From an uncultured Methanolobus sp. (GTDB taxonomy: Archaea > Halobacteriota > Methanosarcinia > Methanosarcinales > Methanosarcinaceae): a DNA stretch of 64,000 nucleotides. Positions 39,694-51,985 of this stretch are shown piece after piece; position 1 is the stretch's first letter; the number at the start of each line of letters is the position of its first letter. Below the pieces are notes generated by a model, which was given only the letters and a program-made list of their open reading frames with translations, did no database searches and was not told where the DNA came from. The position numbers and the translations under genes were made by a program. The stretch covers positions 1,024,001-1,088,000 of the forward strand of contig OY776215.1 of assembly GCA_963675495.1 (NCBI GenBank), in the 5' to 3' direction.

Positions 39694-41049
39694 ATGAAAA
39701 TATACAAGGATTATGAAGACCTTCCAAAAATAAAATTGCCACTTGGGCAAGAGGTTTCTATCAGCGACAGCACAATCAGGGACGGGGCACAGATGCCTGG
39801 TATTGTGATGAAGAGCCAGCAGAAATTTCAGATATACAATTACTTGCACGATATAGGAATTGAGAAGCTTGAGACATTCGTTTACAACGACAGGGACCGA
39901 AAAGCTATCAAGCTCATGATGGATCAGGGATATGAATTTCCGGAAATCACCGGATGGGCACGTGCAAACCCTGCTGATATAGACATGGTCCTCAACATTG
40001 ACGGCATAGAAGAAACCGGCATCCTCATGTCAGTTTCTGATCCGCATATCTTCGATAAGATGGGGCTTCCTACCCGTGAGGCAGCAGAAGAAAAATACCT
40101 CAATACGCTTCAGTACGCAGTGGACCATGGTCTTCGCACAAGGGCACATATTGAGGATATGACCCGTGCAGACAATTATGATTTCACCTTCCCCCTAATT
40201 AAGAAGATAATGGACATTGACCCGGATTGTACCATACGCATATGTGATACTATCGGATTTGGCGTACCATTTGTTGATGTTGACGAACCATTCGGAATAC
40301 CGACCATCGTGAAACACCTCAAAGATGAACTCAATGTCAAGAATATTGAGACACACTGCCATGATGATTTTGGTCTGGCTGTTGCTAACTCCATCTCAGG
40401 GTACTGGCACGGTGCCAACTGGTCAAACGTAACTTTCCTGGGAATCGGAGAAAGAGCAGGTAATGCGGAAATGGAAAAGCTCCTGCTGTTCCTTGCAAGG
40501 CGTATAGAAGGATTTGACAAATATAACCTTGAATCCCTTGTCGAGTTTGCAAAATTCATGGAAAGGGAGATTGGTATTCGCATCCCAAGAAACAAGTCTG
40601 TTATCGGGAAAAATGTATTTGCCCACGAATCAGGCATTCACTCTGCAGGTGTCATCAAGAACCCATTCACATACGAACCCTATCCTCCTGAGATCGTTGG
40701 TGGGAAGAGGATATTCCTCATAGGTGATTCATCTGGTATCGAGGTTCTGAGATACAAGGTTCAGGAAACACTGAACGAACTAATGGATGTACAGATAGAG
40801 ATCGGTAAAGATGACAAGCGTCTGCGTGCTATCCAGACAGACATTCAGAAGCTCTATAATGATGAGAAAAGAGTTTCCTGCATATCTGACGAAGAGATCA
40901 TGGCTTACGTGAAGAAGTATTTCATGTTCAACTCCATAGTAAGTAAGGATATGCACCGCAACGACGAAGATGATGAGAACGGTGACAATGAGGTTGAAAC
41001 TGACAACCTTGGTAATACGAAAGCTCGTATGCATGACATTATAGACTAA
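39694..41049 (+). CDS. DRE-TIM acyltransferase (isopropylmalate/homocitrate/Re-citrate synthase family)
   Basis: DSTIRDGAQ, HCHDDFG, GIGERAGN, FAHESGIH; no LeuA regulatory domain. Confidence 0.85.
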   Translation: MKIYKDYEDLPKIKLPLGQEVSISDSTIRDGAQMPGIVMKSQQKFQIYNYLHDIGIEKLETFVYNDRDRKAIKLMMDQGYEFPEITGWARANPADIDMVLNIDGIEETGILMSVSDPHIFDKMGLPTREAAEEKYLNTLQYAVDHGLRTRAHIEDMTRADNYDFTFPLIKKIMDIDPDCTIRICDTIGFGVPFVDVDEPFGIPTIVKHLKDELNVKNIETHCHDDFGLAVANSISGYWHGANWSNVTFLGIGERAGNAEMEKLLLFLARRIEGFDKYNLESLVEFAKFMEREIGIRIPRNKSVIGKNVFAHESGIHSAGVIKNPFTYEPYPPEIVGGKRIFLIGDSSGIEVLRYKVQETLNELMDVQIEIGKDDKRLRAIQTDIQKLYNDEKRVSCISDEEIMAYVKKYFMFNSIVSKDMHRNDEDDENGDNEVETDNLGNTKARMHDIID

Positions 41050-41140
41050 GACAAAATCAGACAAGCAAACTATTGTGTTTGTAACTTATAGATATGGTGG
41101 AGATTTCCACCATACAATTATTTCGCTATGAAAAAAGATA

Positions 41141-41335
41141 TTACTTGGTTCCTTCAGGATCCTTTATCTCAATTATATCCGCTACGGGAGCATTCTTTTT
41201 TACGGATTCAATTCCATGCATACAAGCAGCTTTGCTCGAATATGCCTGACCTGTTGCGATTACTTCTCCGTTTGGAGCTTTTAGCCTGAATCTGTATTTT
41301 CCAATCTTGTCTGTGAACACTTCAAATTTTGGCAT
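41141..41335 (-). CDS. YegP/DUF1508 (UPF0339) family protein
   Basis: FRLKAPNGEVIA..Y.SK..C..GIESVK. Confidence 0.88.
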   Translation of the reverse strand: MPKFEVFTDKIGKYRFRLKAPNGEVIATGQAYSSKAACMHGIESVKKNAPVADIIEIKDPEGTK

Positions 41336-41895
41336 TTTATCACTTTCTCCTTTAATTCAAAATTGGGAAAATATACACTAACAATATTCTCCCCCAATAA
41401 ACATTATAAGTGTCTATTAAAAAAGTTTGTGATTTTATGCACTAGTTGAATGGACATTCCAAAGTTGTTGCATGCAACACAAAACGTGAAAATAGATAAT
41501 GAAATAAAAAGAAAATAAAGGAGATGAAGATTCATCCGGCATCGAAGTATTGAGATATAATAACGAGAAAAGAGTTCCGGCATAAAGACATTAGAATTGA
41601 ATACATTGATTCTTCAAAGTTCCGAAAGCACCTATTGAACATCACTGCATTTCAAATATTATTGAAACCGTCACCTTTAAATATAGATTAATTAATTATA
41701 TATTATCGGTTTTGTAAGAATACTCCAATACCGCGCTGATGAGTTTCATGAGATATTAAATTTGGTAAAAATGAAATGCTCGAACTTGATTCGAATCCCA
41801 CGGATACCATTGTCCAGAAACATCATTTGGATTGAGACTTGCTTGGACAGCTATGGAAAAGCTTGGTGAATTAACAACAAACAGAGGATATTAAA

Positions 41896-42495
41896 ATGAT
41901 CGACGTAAATGAGTATCTTGAAACAGGATTTACTTTTCATGGCCACAGGTGTCCTGCTATGCCGCTTGGAATGAGAATTGGGGCTGCTGCTATGAATGTA
42001 CTCGGGGTTGACAGATCGAAAGATAAAGAGCTCCATCTGATCGCAGAGACAGGAAACGATCATGCAGCTGGGTGTTTTGTTGATGGCCTTATGGCTATTA
42101 CAGGATGTACTTATGGAAAAAGCAATATTGAGAAGACCTACTATGGCAAAATGGCCTTTACACTCATCGATACCATAAATCAAAAGGCAGTCAGAGCATA
42201 TATAAAGCCTGAATTCTTTGGAAACATGCTGAAATCTCCGTTTGTCGAACAGAGGAAAATAGGTGTACCACCACAGAACATTGATGCTGATATTGCTGAG
42301 CCATTGATTAACAAAATACTAAGCATACCTGAAGAAAACTTCTTGTTTATTGGCCCTGTTTTCGATTATCATTTTGAAAAGAAAAAAGGTGTTTTTGATA
42401 CAGCATTGTGCGAGGGATGCGGTGAACGTACATTTGCTAATAAATTGCAGGATGTTAATGGTAAAATGCTTTGCAAACCCTGTGCTGACAAATAA
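41896..42495 (+). CDS. FmdE family protein with C-terminal zinc finger
   Basis: FHGHRCP, CFVDG..TGCTYGK, CxxC..CxxC. Confidence 0.88.
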   Translation: MIDVNEYLETGFTFHGHRCPAMPLGMRIGAAAMNVLGVDRSKDKELHLIAETGNDHAAGCFVDGLMAITGCTYGKSNIEKTYYGKMAFTLIDTINQKAVRAYIKPEFFGNMLKSPFVEQRKIGVPPQNIDADIAEPLINKILSIPEENFLFIGPVFDYHFEKKKGVFDTALCEGCGERTFANKLQDVNGKMLCKPCADK

Positions 42496-42585
42496 GTAGT
42501 CGATAAACTAGAGCATTTGACGAGAGGTGCAATTGCACCAACTATTTTTACATAATATACTGCTACAAAGTCTGGAATTGGTCAT

Positions 42586-43344
42586 ATGGATGTTATTTTA
42601 ATTGCTGTTATCATCTTTTTCTTAGCTGTTATATTTTCAATGCTTGGCCTGGGTGGATCCTTGGTATATGTGCCTTTATTTTACTGGCTTGGCATTGATA
42701 TGCTCATAGCAATACCTACAGCATTGCTTCTCAATGGTATAACTGCCAGCTCAGCAGCGATCACATATTACAGAAAAAAAATGATAGACTTGCAAGTGGC
42801 AGCTCCTTTTGTAATAGCTTCTACCATAGGAGCACCTGTTGGTGCTTACTTTACCAAGTTCATCTCCATTGAAACATTGTTGTGGATACTCAGCACTGTG
42901 TTGGTTTTTGCCGGAATACGCATGCTATTCTCCGGGAAAAAAAATGTAGAGGCTCAAATTTCAGCCATCTCTACTGATAAAAGAAAGAGTTTTACCATTG
43001 GTATTTCTCTCGGTTTTGCAATTGGTGTTATTGCAGGACTTCTTGGAATTGGTGGTGGCGTATTCATAGTCCCTATTTTAATAGCACTTGGTTATGAGGT
43101 AAAACGTGCTTCTGCAACATCGGCTTTCATCGTATTGTTCTCTTCTTTCTCAGGGTTCTTTGGTCATCTGAGCACAGGACATCTGGACATAACTCTCATG
43201 ATCTATACAGCTCTAGCTGCATTTGTTGGAGGACAGGTAGGTTCTCATCTAATGCACAGCAAAATGAAATAAGAAACAATCAAACAGATGTTTGGTGTGG
43301 TTTTGTGGATAATGGCGTTCAAAATCGCTTATGGATTGATATGA
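42586..43344 (+). pseudogene. TauE/SafE (TSUP) transporter with premature TAA at 43270-43272
   Basis: GLGGS and GIGGG motifs; frame continues after TAA as ETIKQMFGVVLWIMAFKIAYGLI, the final TM helix. Confidence 0.75.
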
Positions 43345-43375
43345 TTTTGTGTAGATAGCACAAATTAAAAACTAA

Positions 43376-43408
43376 AAAAGCCCCGGCCGAAACCAGGGCT
43401 TTCCTTTT
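43376..43408. terminator. hairpin terminator between convergent genes
   Basis: AAAGCCC..GGGCTTT stem with A/T flanks. Confidence 0.5.
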
Positions 43409-43423
43409 GTTTCCAGAATATAA

Positions 43424-45751
<2,328 letters not shown>

Positions 45752-45879
45752 TCACTGCTGCTGATTTTGTCATATTTCAATCTTCTGATAATTTAATATT
45801 ATAAAATGGAAGCTAAGTACAAATTGCTTTATTGATGACGGCATCATATATATGTCATACCTAGAATGTGAACCAAATC

Positions 45880-46025
45880 TATGCGCTCGTCGTCACGGAA
45901 GAAGTAGCTGGTGGCAGTGCCGTTGTCCACTTCGTAGAACTGGTTGACGTAGTAGCTGAACTCACCGACAGAGTTCTGTTTCTTGACGCTCTGGCCGTTG
46001 GCGTCGTACCAGTATTTCTCACAGG
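45880..46025 (-). pseudogene. RHS/YD-repeat core fragment
   Basis: Reads EKYWYDANGQSVKKQNSVGEFSYYVNQFYEVDNGTATSYFFRDDERI; GC-rich; no start. Confidence 0.7.
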
Positions 46026-46086
46026 AAACCTAAAGCATAACTAAATATACATGCAAATGCATAATTCTATGTAAATGGTGAGAGTC

Positions 46087-46242
46087 ATGAAAAGATTTAC
46101 TATCTCTATTCCGGATGATCTTAAACACGAAATGGATTCTTTGCCGGATATCAACTGGGCTCAGGTTGCAAAGGAAAGTATCCAAAAAAAGATCCATTTG
46201 CTCGACGAATTTGAAAGTTTTGAAAGGAGCCATGATCAATAA
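46087..46242 (+). CDS. 51-aa ribbon-helix-helix protein (absent from ORF track)
   Basis: MKRFTISIPDDLKHEMDSLPDINWAQVAKESIQKKI; GGTGA RBS; TAATG coupling to the next gene. Confidence 0.75.
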   Translation: MKRFTISIPDDLKHEMDSLPDINWAQVAKESIQKKIHLLDEFESFERSHDQ

Positions 46243-46529
46243 TGTCCACGTTGACGATCCCGATAGATGACGAACTCTATAATAGGGTACAGGCTTTTTC
46301 ATGGGTAAAATGGTCCAAGGTCGCACAGGACGGTATAAGGAAAAGAAAGATACTTGAGATCTATATCCGGGACAAGACGATCTCCGAGGAAGACGCTGAG
46401 TTCTGTGAGATGATCGACTGGCACCCTGTTGATGAATTGCCGATAAAGCAGGAGATTATCGGGAAATTAAAGGCGACGGATAAGAGCTCGTATGAAGCTG
46501 TCGAGGACATATCTGATATCTTCAAATAA
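46242..46529 (+). CDS. putative antitoxin (RHH N-terminus, acidic C-terminus)
   Basis: MSTLTIPIDDEL..VKWSKVA; directly upstream of a RelE-like gene. Confidence 0.7.
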   Translation: MSTLTIPIDDELYNRVQAFSWVKWSKVAQDGIRKRKILEIYIRDKTISEEDAEFCEMIDWHPVDELPIKQEIIGKLKATDKSSYEAVEDISDIFK

Positions 46530-46546
46530 ATGATCCGGTGATCGGT

Positions 46547-46816
46547 GTGACCTATTCCCTTTTTATTTCACCGGAATGCAGGAAAGATATCAGGAAGCTG
46601 ACAAGGAAGAATCTCCATCTGCAGAACATACTTGAAAAGAAGATCAAGGACATCCTTGATAATCCAACCCGATTCAAACCGTTACGTAATGAACTTGCTG
46701 GCTACTACAGGGTGCATATCATGACCAGCTTTGTCCTTATTTTCACCGTGGATACGGAGGAAAGGACAGTTTCGCTCGTACATTTTTCCCATCATGATGA
46801 TGCATATAAAAGGTGA
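46547..46816 (+). CDS. RelE/ParE/YafQ-family toxin
   Basis: KDIRKL, KPLRNELAGYYRVHI..FVLIF, HHDDAY; GTG start (or 46538). Confidence 0.85.
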   Translation: MTYSLFISPECRKDIRKLTRKNLHLQNILEKKIKDILDNPTRFKPLRNELAGYYRVHIMTSFVLIFTVDTEERTVSLVHFSHHDDAYKR

Positions 46817-47016
46817 TTGTTCTTTCACCTGCTGCGTAGAGAGATTTAAGAATCTCTTCAAAGAAGACAACAGAAGCATAAATTACTGCAATCAACGAGT
46901 GAGAGATGGATATGGGCAGAAGGTTGCTTGGTGTTTTACCGGCCCTGCGGGCCGGTCTTTGTGCGACGACAAATATGTGCCCACATTATCCAGAGCCTCT
47001 GTTGCACTGAATAGTA

Positions 47017-47930
47017 TCAATTGCCTTTGCTAATCAAAAAATCATCCTTTTCTAATATATTCAAAGCAATGGCGAGACATTCGTCACTTTTTGGTTTAAA
47101 AATGTCTTCTCCAAAATTCACGACGAATATTTTGTATATTTTTGTTGCTAGTTCTTGCTCATCTATTTCTCCTTTAATTTTCATTTCTTTGATAAATTCA
47201 CAAATTGAAACTGATTCTTTATTGTACTCATCTTTTGGAGCATGAGGAAACAATCCTATTGGATCCCAAGTTTCAACCATTTCACTAGAAACTCCTCTTT
47301 CTTTCATTCTCTCAGCACCGTGCAACGTAGTTTTACTCCAATAAACTTTCAGGCCCGGATTCTTGACATAAGTGCCCAGTTTTCCAAAGTCATGCCCATA
47401 CTCCATAAAGTAATTAGATGTATGGAGAGAGTCACCTAAATTATCTCCTTTCTTGGCATCTGCTGTCTTGTCCAATAGCTTGAACAAATCACCAACATTG
47501 TCTGCATGAGTCACACCTTCCTCAACGGCCATAACTGCAACTCTACCGCCTGTTGCAACTGGCAAAGCTAAGCATACAACATCGACAGCAAGACCAATAT
47601 AGGTCCACTTATCAGCATTACCAGTACAGATGTCATTCAGGTCCATCGCAAGGAAAGCAAGGTCCAGTCCAGTCTCAACATAATGCCCACTCGGATCAAC
47701 ATACCTCACCTGATTATTCAACGTATAAGCATACCTATTCAGCGCCTGCGGATAATACACATCTTGCAGCATCGTATCAGGCTGCACGAATACCCTGTAC
47801 TCAGGCGAGTAATACCTCGCGTAGTACATCAGTTCAGTGTCTGCATCGTTCTCCTGACCTGTGAAACCGTACTTTTCCAGACCGCCGGACTGCACCTGTC
47901 CGTATGGTAGTACTCGGTGCGCTCGACGTC
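47017..47930 (-). pseudogene. RHS core end plus truncated toxin fused to a DUF1871-like immunity fragment
   Basis: GFTGQEND..YYARYY..NRYAY..DPSGH; frameshift near 47905; HGAERMKERG then WDPIGLFPHAPKDEY. Confidence 0.8.
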
Positions 47931-48013
47931 GCGGAAGAGAGAAGATTCATCTATTTAAAATTATTTTGCTGAAACATAATTGAAAATTGGTTTTTTCCAG
48001 AGTCCTACACGAC

Positions 48014-48247
48014 TCATTTTGAATTTGCATACCCTGTGCTCTTTGCCAAATTGAGTAACCTTAAAATTGTGACGGAAAAAATAAAGGTAAAACCAAGTAA
48101 AACAACTACAAGAAAGATGGCTCTTTCTAAAGACACATCTGTGTAGAACAACATAACAGAAGCAATGGATATAATGATAATCTGCCCAAGCAAAGAAAGC
48201 AAACTGAGCCTGACATACTTGTGCTTTAAGAACATTCCTAGATTCAT
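48014..48247 (-). CDS. small 2-TM hypothetical protein
   Basis: Two hydrophobic segments; AT-rich; upstream of the RHS fragment. Confidence 0.4.
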   Translation of the reverse strand: MNLGMFLKHKYVRLSLLSLLGQIIIISIASVMLFYTDVSLERAIFLVVVLLGFTFIFSVTILRLLNLAKSTGYANSK

Positions 48248-48345
48248 CAGGATATATTGAAATTGAAGCCATTTATAGATAATTGCCCTATAATTTTGAT
48301 TTGCGATACAGTATCATTTTACATAATGGTAACATATATCCATAT

Positions 48346-49188
48346 ATGACACCAAAATTTCCTATCACCGACGAGCACATGCACATAGACCTGCGGGCAA
48401 AGGGACTAAAAGCGGTCAAGGAGTTCCAGAATAATGGTGGAACACACATTTTTCTTGTCATGAAACCGAGCTGGACCCTTGGGATCAAAGTTACAAAACC
48501 TGAAGACCACATCGCTGTCTTTGAGGAAACTGTTGACATTTCCCGCCAGATAAATGAAACCGGCGTTACCTCATTCCCCGTACTTGGAGTTCATCCGGCA
48601 GAGATTTCGAAGCTCATTGAATATATGGACCTTGAAAAAGCTGTTGAGACCATGAAAGGCGGACTGGACATTGCAGCTGGCTATGTGGACAAAGGACTTG
48701 CTGTGGGACTTAAGAGCGGACGGCCGCATTACCCGGTAAGCCCGGAAGTGTGGGACGCTTCTAATGAGGTCATGGAATATGCATTCACACTTGCAGCAGA
48801 TCATGACTGTGCTGTTCAGCTTCATACTGAGACTGTGGAAGAGCCGGAACTGATCGACATAACGCAGCGTGCCAAGAAAACTGGCGTCAAACTTCACAAG
48901 GTGGTAAAGCACTATGCTCCGCCACTTGTCGATGTTTGTGAAAAGCTTGGAATATTTCCCGGCGTGCTTGCAGGCAAAGGTGCCATTGAGGAAGCACTTG
49001 AGCAGGGTACCCGGTTCATGATGGAAACGGATTATATTGACGACCCGGAAAGACCAGGAGCAGTCCTAGGACCAAAAACAATACCCAGAAGAACATTGAA
49101 GCTTGCAGAACAGTTCGGAGAAGAACCTTTCTGGAAGATCCATAAGGAAAATCCGGAAAAGGTCTACGAAGTTGATATTGAGCTTTAG
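48346..49188 (+). CDS. TatD-related metal-dependent hydrolase
   Basis: DEHMH, GVHP, SGRPHY, QLH, METDY. Confidence 0.88.
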   Translation: MTPKFPITDEHMHIDLRAKGLKAVKEFQNNGGTHIFLVMKPSWTLGIKVTKPEDHIAVFEETVDISRQINETGVTSFPVLGVHPAEISKLIEYMDLEKAVETMKGGLDIAAGYVDKGLAVGLKSGRPHYPVSPEVWDASNEVMEYAFTLAADHDCAVQLHTETVEEPELIDITQRAKKTGVKLHKVVKHYAPPLVDVCEKLGIFPGVLAGKGAIEEALEQGTRFMMETDYIDDPERPGAVLGPKTIPRRTLKLAEQFGEEPFWKIHKENPEKVYEVDIEL

Positions 49189-50510
49189 AAGCGCTCAATA
49201 AGGATCATATAGATATCCATTACATTGGTGCCTGTGGGGCCTGTTGTGATCAGGTCGCCTGTTTCCTTAAAGTAGACATAGGAATTGTTATCGTAAAGCT
49301 CACGCCTTGCATCCATCTGCACATTCTTACCCCGCTGGACAGTGTCACCGTCAGCAAAGGCACCTGCATGGTCTGTGGTACCATCACTGCCATCTGTACC
49401 TGCAGCAAGGAAAAGGACACCTTCAAGGTCTACGACCTCTATGCCAAATGAAAGAGCCATTTCCTGACATCTTCCACCTGCTCCTTTTCCCTTCATGGTA
49501 ACTGTGGTTTCACCACCGGCAAGAATACATGCAGGAAGTGGCAAAGGAGTCCCTCTCAACCTTTCCTCCCTGGCAATCGCAGCAAATACCTTGGCTACCT
49601 CCTTTGCTTCACCAATGATCGATGAAGTAAGAATAGTGGTATTGTAGCCAAGTTCAGATGCTTTCTTTTCTGCTTCCTGAAGGGCAAGGGCGTTATTGCC
49701 TACCAGATAATGAGAGGCACTTTCAAAAACATGAGCCCCAAATGATGGAGTCTCATCTACCACACCTTCAAGACCGTCCTCAAGCAAGCCGCTTACAGCA
49801 GGTGATAATTTGAGATCATACCTTTGCACTATCTCATAGAACTCGTCAAACGTGGAAGTGTCGGGAACCGTGGGACCTGACGCAATAACATCCAGCGGAT
49901 CCCCCACAACATCAGAAAGAATGAGACTCACAGACTGTGAAGGATAAGCCATTTTGGCAAGTCCGCCACCTTTTATGGAACAGAGATGCTTTCGTATTGT
50001 GTTAAGCTCATCAATCGTAGCACCTGCACGGATGAGACCATTAGTAAGCTTTACAATATCAGTGATGGATATTCCTTTGCGTGGAAGTGTAATTAGTGCA
50101 GAACCACCACCTGAAATAAGGAAAAATATAAGGTCTTTCTCACCTGTGTGCTCAAGAAAATCATGGATGGTTTTACCGGCAGCAACACTAGTACCATCAG
50201 GTATCGGATGGCTTGCTTCATAAACTTTCATCTTTGTAAGGGAATCAACAAAACCATATTTAGTGATAGCAACACCACCTGTCAGGTAGTCTCCGAGGAT
50301 GTCTTCAATAGCCTTTGACATAGAGATTGCAGCTTTCCCAAAGGCAATGGCATATATGTTATCGTAAAGTGAAAGGTCATAGGAACTATCGTTAATGATA
50401 ACGGTCTCACTTTCTTTGTTCATAGCCCTGTAGATACAGGCAGATGGATCTACTGCAGAAATTGCTTCTGATAATATAGAGTAAGCATCGTTTCTCATTT
50501 TTTCAGCCAT
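49185..50510 (-). CDS. glycerate 2-kinase (MOFRL family)
   Basis: FGKAA, ISGGGSAL, GGETTV, GTDGSDG, TGPTGTNVMD. Confidence 0.92.
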   Translation of the reverse strand: MAEKMRNDAYSILSEAISAVDPSACIYRAMNKESETVIINDSSYDLSLYDNIYAIAFGKAAISMSKAIEDILGDYLTGGVAITKYGFVDSLTKMKVYEASHPIPDGTSVAAGKTIHDFLEHTGEKDLIFFLISGGGSALITLPRKGISITDIVKLTNGLIRAGATIDELNTIRKHLCSIKGGGLAKMAYPSQSVSLILSDVVGDPLDVIASGPTVPDTSTFDEFYEIVQRYDLKLSPAVSGLLEDGLEGVVDETPSFGAHVFESASHYLVGNNALALQEAEKKASELGYNTTILTSSIIGEAKEVAKVFAAIAREERLRGTPLPLPACILAGGETTVTMKGKGAGGRCQEMALSFGIEVVDLEGVLFLAAGTDGSDGTTDHAGAFADGDTVQRGKNVQMDARRELYDNNSYVYFKETGDLITTGPTGTNVMDIYMILIERF

Positions 50511-50553
50511 ATGACATCATCCATGTTTAAAACATAACCAAAATATCATCAGT

Positions 50554-51228
50554 TCAGGAAGGACTGTACATTCCAATAAGTTCACCATAGGCAATAACGT
50601 GACCATCTATGGCATCCTCTACAAGAGCTCTACCAGAACCACTTTCAATCTCCAGCTTCGAATCAAGTGCGTAGAATTTGAAAAAATACCTGTGGGTACC
50701 TGAAGGAGGACATGGACCGGTGTATGACACCTTATTTGCATTATTTACCCCTTCTATACCAGGAATACTGTCTTCAGCAATTATCGTTTGATATATATCC
50801 CAGACAACCCAGTGTGTAAAGGTTCCTGAGGGTGCATCAGGGTCATCCATGATCAACAAAAGAGATTCGACATCCTCTGAAAGACCAGCAACTTCCAGCG
50901 GAGGATTGATGTTTTCCCCGTCACATGTATATTTCTCAGGAATAAAAGTTCCATTTTCAAAAGCAGAACTGGATATGATCAATTCACCCACAGGGACATG
51001 GTTAGAAACTATTTCCTGTGGCACTGAAGAATCGTTCTTTGATCTGTTAACATCGTATAGGTCAGGGAGCTCATCCGGCTCTTCATCCGTTGGTTCAACA
51101 CAACCTGAAAATGTTAGAACGGATAATATTAGCAATATAATTACAGATGTTGCTCTTAAACGATGATAACATATGATAATATCACGAAAATATTGATATG
51201 AATTGTTGACCCCTAACATATTTCCCAC
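50554..51228 (-). CDS. YbhB/YbcL (PEBP) lipoprotein; start uncertain
   Basis: SGC lipobox, DPDAP, HWVVW, GPCPPSGTHRY. Confidence 0.85.
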   Translation of the reverse strand: MGNMLGVNNSYQYFRDIIICYHRLRATSVIILLILSVLTFSGCVEPTDEEPDELPDLYDVNRSKNDSSVPQEIVSNHVPVGELIISSSAFENGTFIPEKYTCDGENINPPLEVAGLSEDVESLLLIMDDPDAPSGTFTHWVVWDIYQTIIAEDSIPGIEGVNNANKVSYTGPCPPSGTHRYFFKFYALDSKLEIESGSGRALVEDAIDGHVIAYGELIGMYSPS

Positions 51229-51335
51229 AAGTGATACACTAATTGCAGCCTATTTATTGTTTGTGGACTAAAAAAAGTGCTAGAAATAGTTAATTCGAGA
51301 CGCACGAACCACTGTTTTGGAGGTTACATAAAAAT

Positions 51336-51518
51336 TTATTCCTCAGGAATTATGATCCATGCAAGTATATAGAGAAAAAGACCTGAACCATACATGAATA
51401 TAGCAACTGCCCACAGGAGTCTTATTATCACCGGATCGATACCAAGATGATTTCCAAGACCGCCGCAAACACCTGCAATCATTCTATCTGTTCTGGAACG
51501 CGTTAATCTATTGTTCAT
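51336..51518 (-). CDS. PspC domain protein
   Basis: RSRTDRMIAGVCGGLG..YILAWIIIPEE; GAGGT RBS. Confidence 0.9.
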   Translation of the reverse strand: MNNRLTRSRTDRMIAGVCGGLGNHLGIDPVIIRLLWAVAIFMYGSGLFLYILAWIIIPEE

Positions 51519-51537
51519 ATTTACCTCATAATTGATC

Positions 51538-51894
51538 TTACAGTTCACAAACCTTACAATTTGTTCCGCTACATTCAGGATTATCAAACTGCCATTTGAG
51601 ACCCCATTTTTTAATGCTCTGTAATATAGATAAAAACTCCTCACCACTCTCTGTAAGTGAGTATTCAGACTTGATAGGGAACACTGAATCATCAACCTTC
51701 TTATCAACAAGGCCATGCTGTTCCAGTTCTTTCAATCTTGTAGAAAGAGTCTTTGGGGTCACGTCCTGTAATTTGTTTTTCAGCTCATTGAAACGTTTTT
51801 GCTTATTTTCCCCCTTGTATAACTCGTGCATAATACATAAAGACCATTTTTTGCCGACAATATCGACCGTTTTGTATATAGTACAATCTTTCAT
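51538..51894 (-). CDS. HxlR/DUF24 family regulator
   Basis: N-terminal Cys, GKKW, RFNEL, LSTRLKELE, EYSLT; C-terminal Cys cluster. Confidence 0.9.
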   Translation of the reverse strand: MKDCTIYKTVDIVGKKWSLCIMHELYKGENKQKRFNELKNKLQDVTPKTLSTRLKELEQHGLVDKKVDDSVFPIKSEYSLTESGEEFLSILQSIKKWGLKWQFDNPECSGTNCKVCEL

Positions 51895-51985
51895 AGTATC
51901 TAATAAGAAACCACCCAATATATAAGTGAGTATCCATAATATACCTAGTATCCAGAAGATTATTTTGGAAGAAGGAGTGACCAAT

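Noticed and set aside
41340-41890. 550-bp intergenic region with short palindromes
   Set aside because: No recognisable ORF, RNA or repeated motif that I can support
43270-43272. Pyrrolysine readthrough in the TauE gene
   Set aside because: Stop is TAA, not TAG; I found no convincing in-frame amber continuation elsewhere in the window
46865-47006. Integron attC site
   Set aside because: AAC..GTT ends present but L boxes are not complementary and there is no integrase
47961-48272. 103-aa minus-strand ORF
   Set aside because: Atypical composition; the overlapping 77-aa 2-TM frame is more plausible
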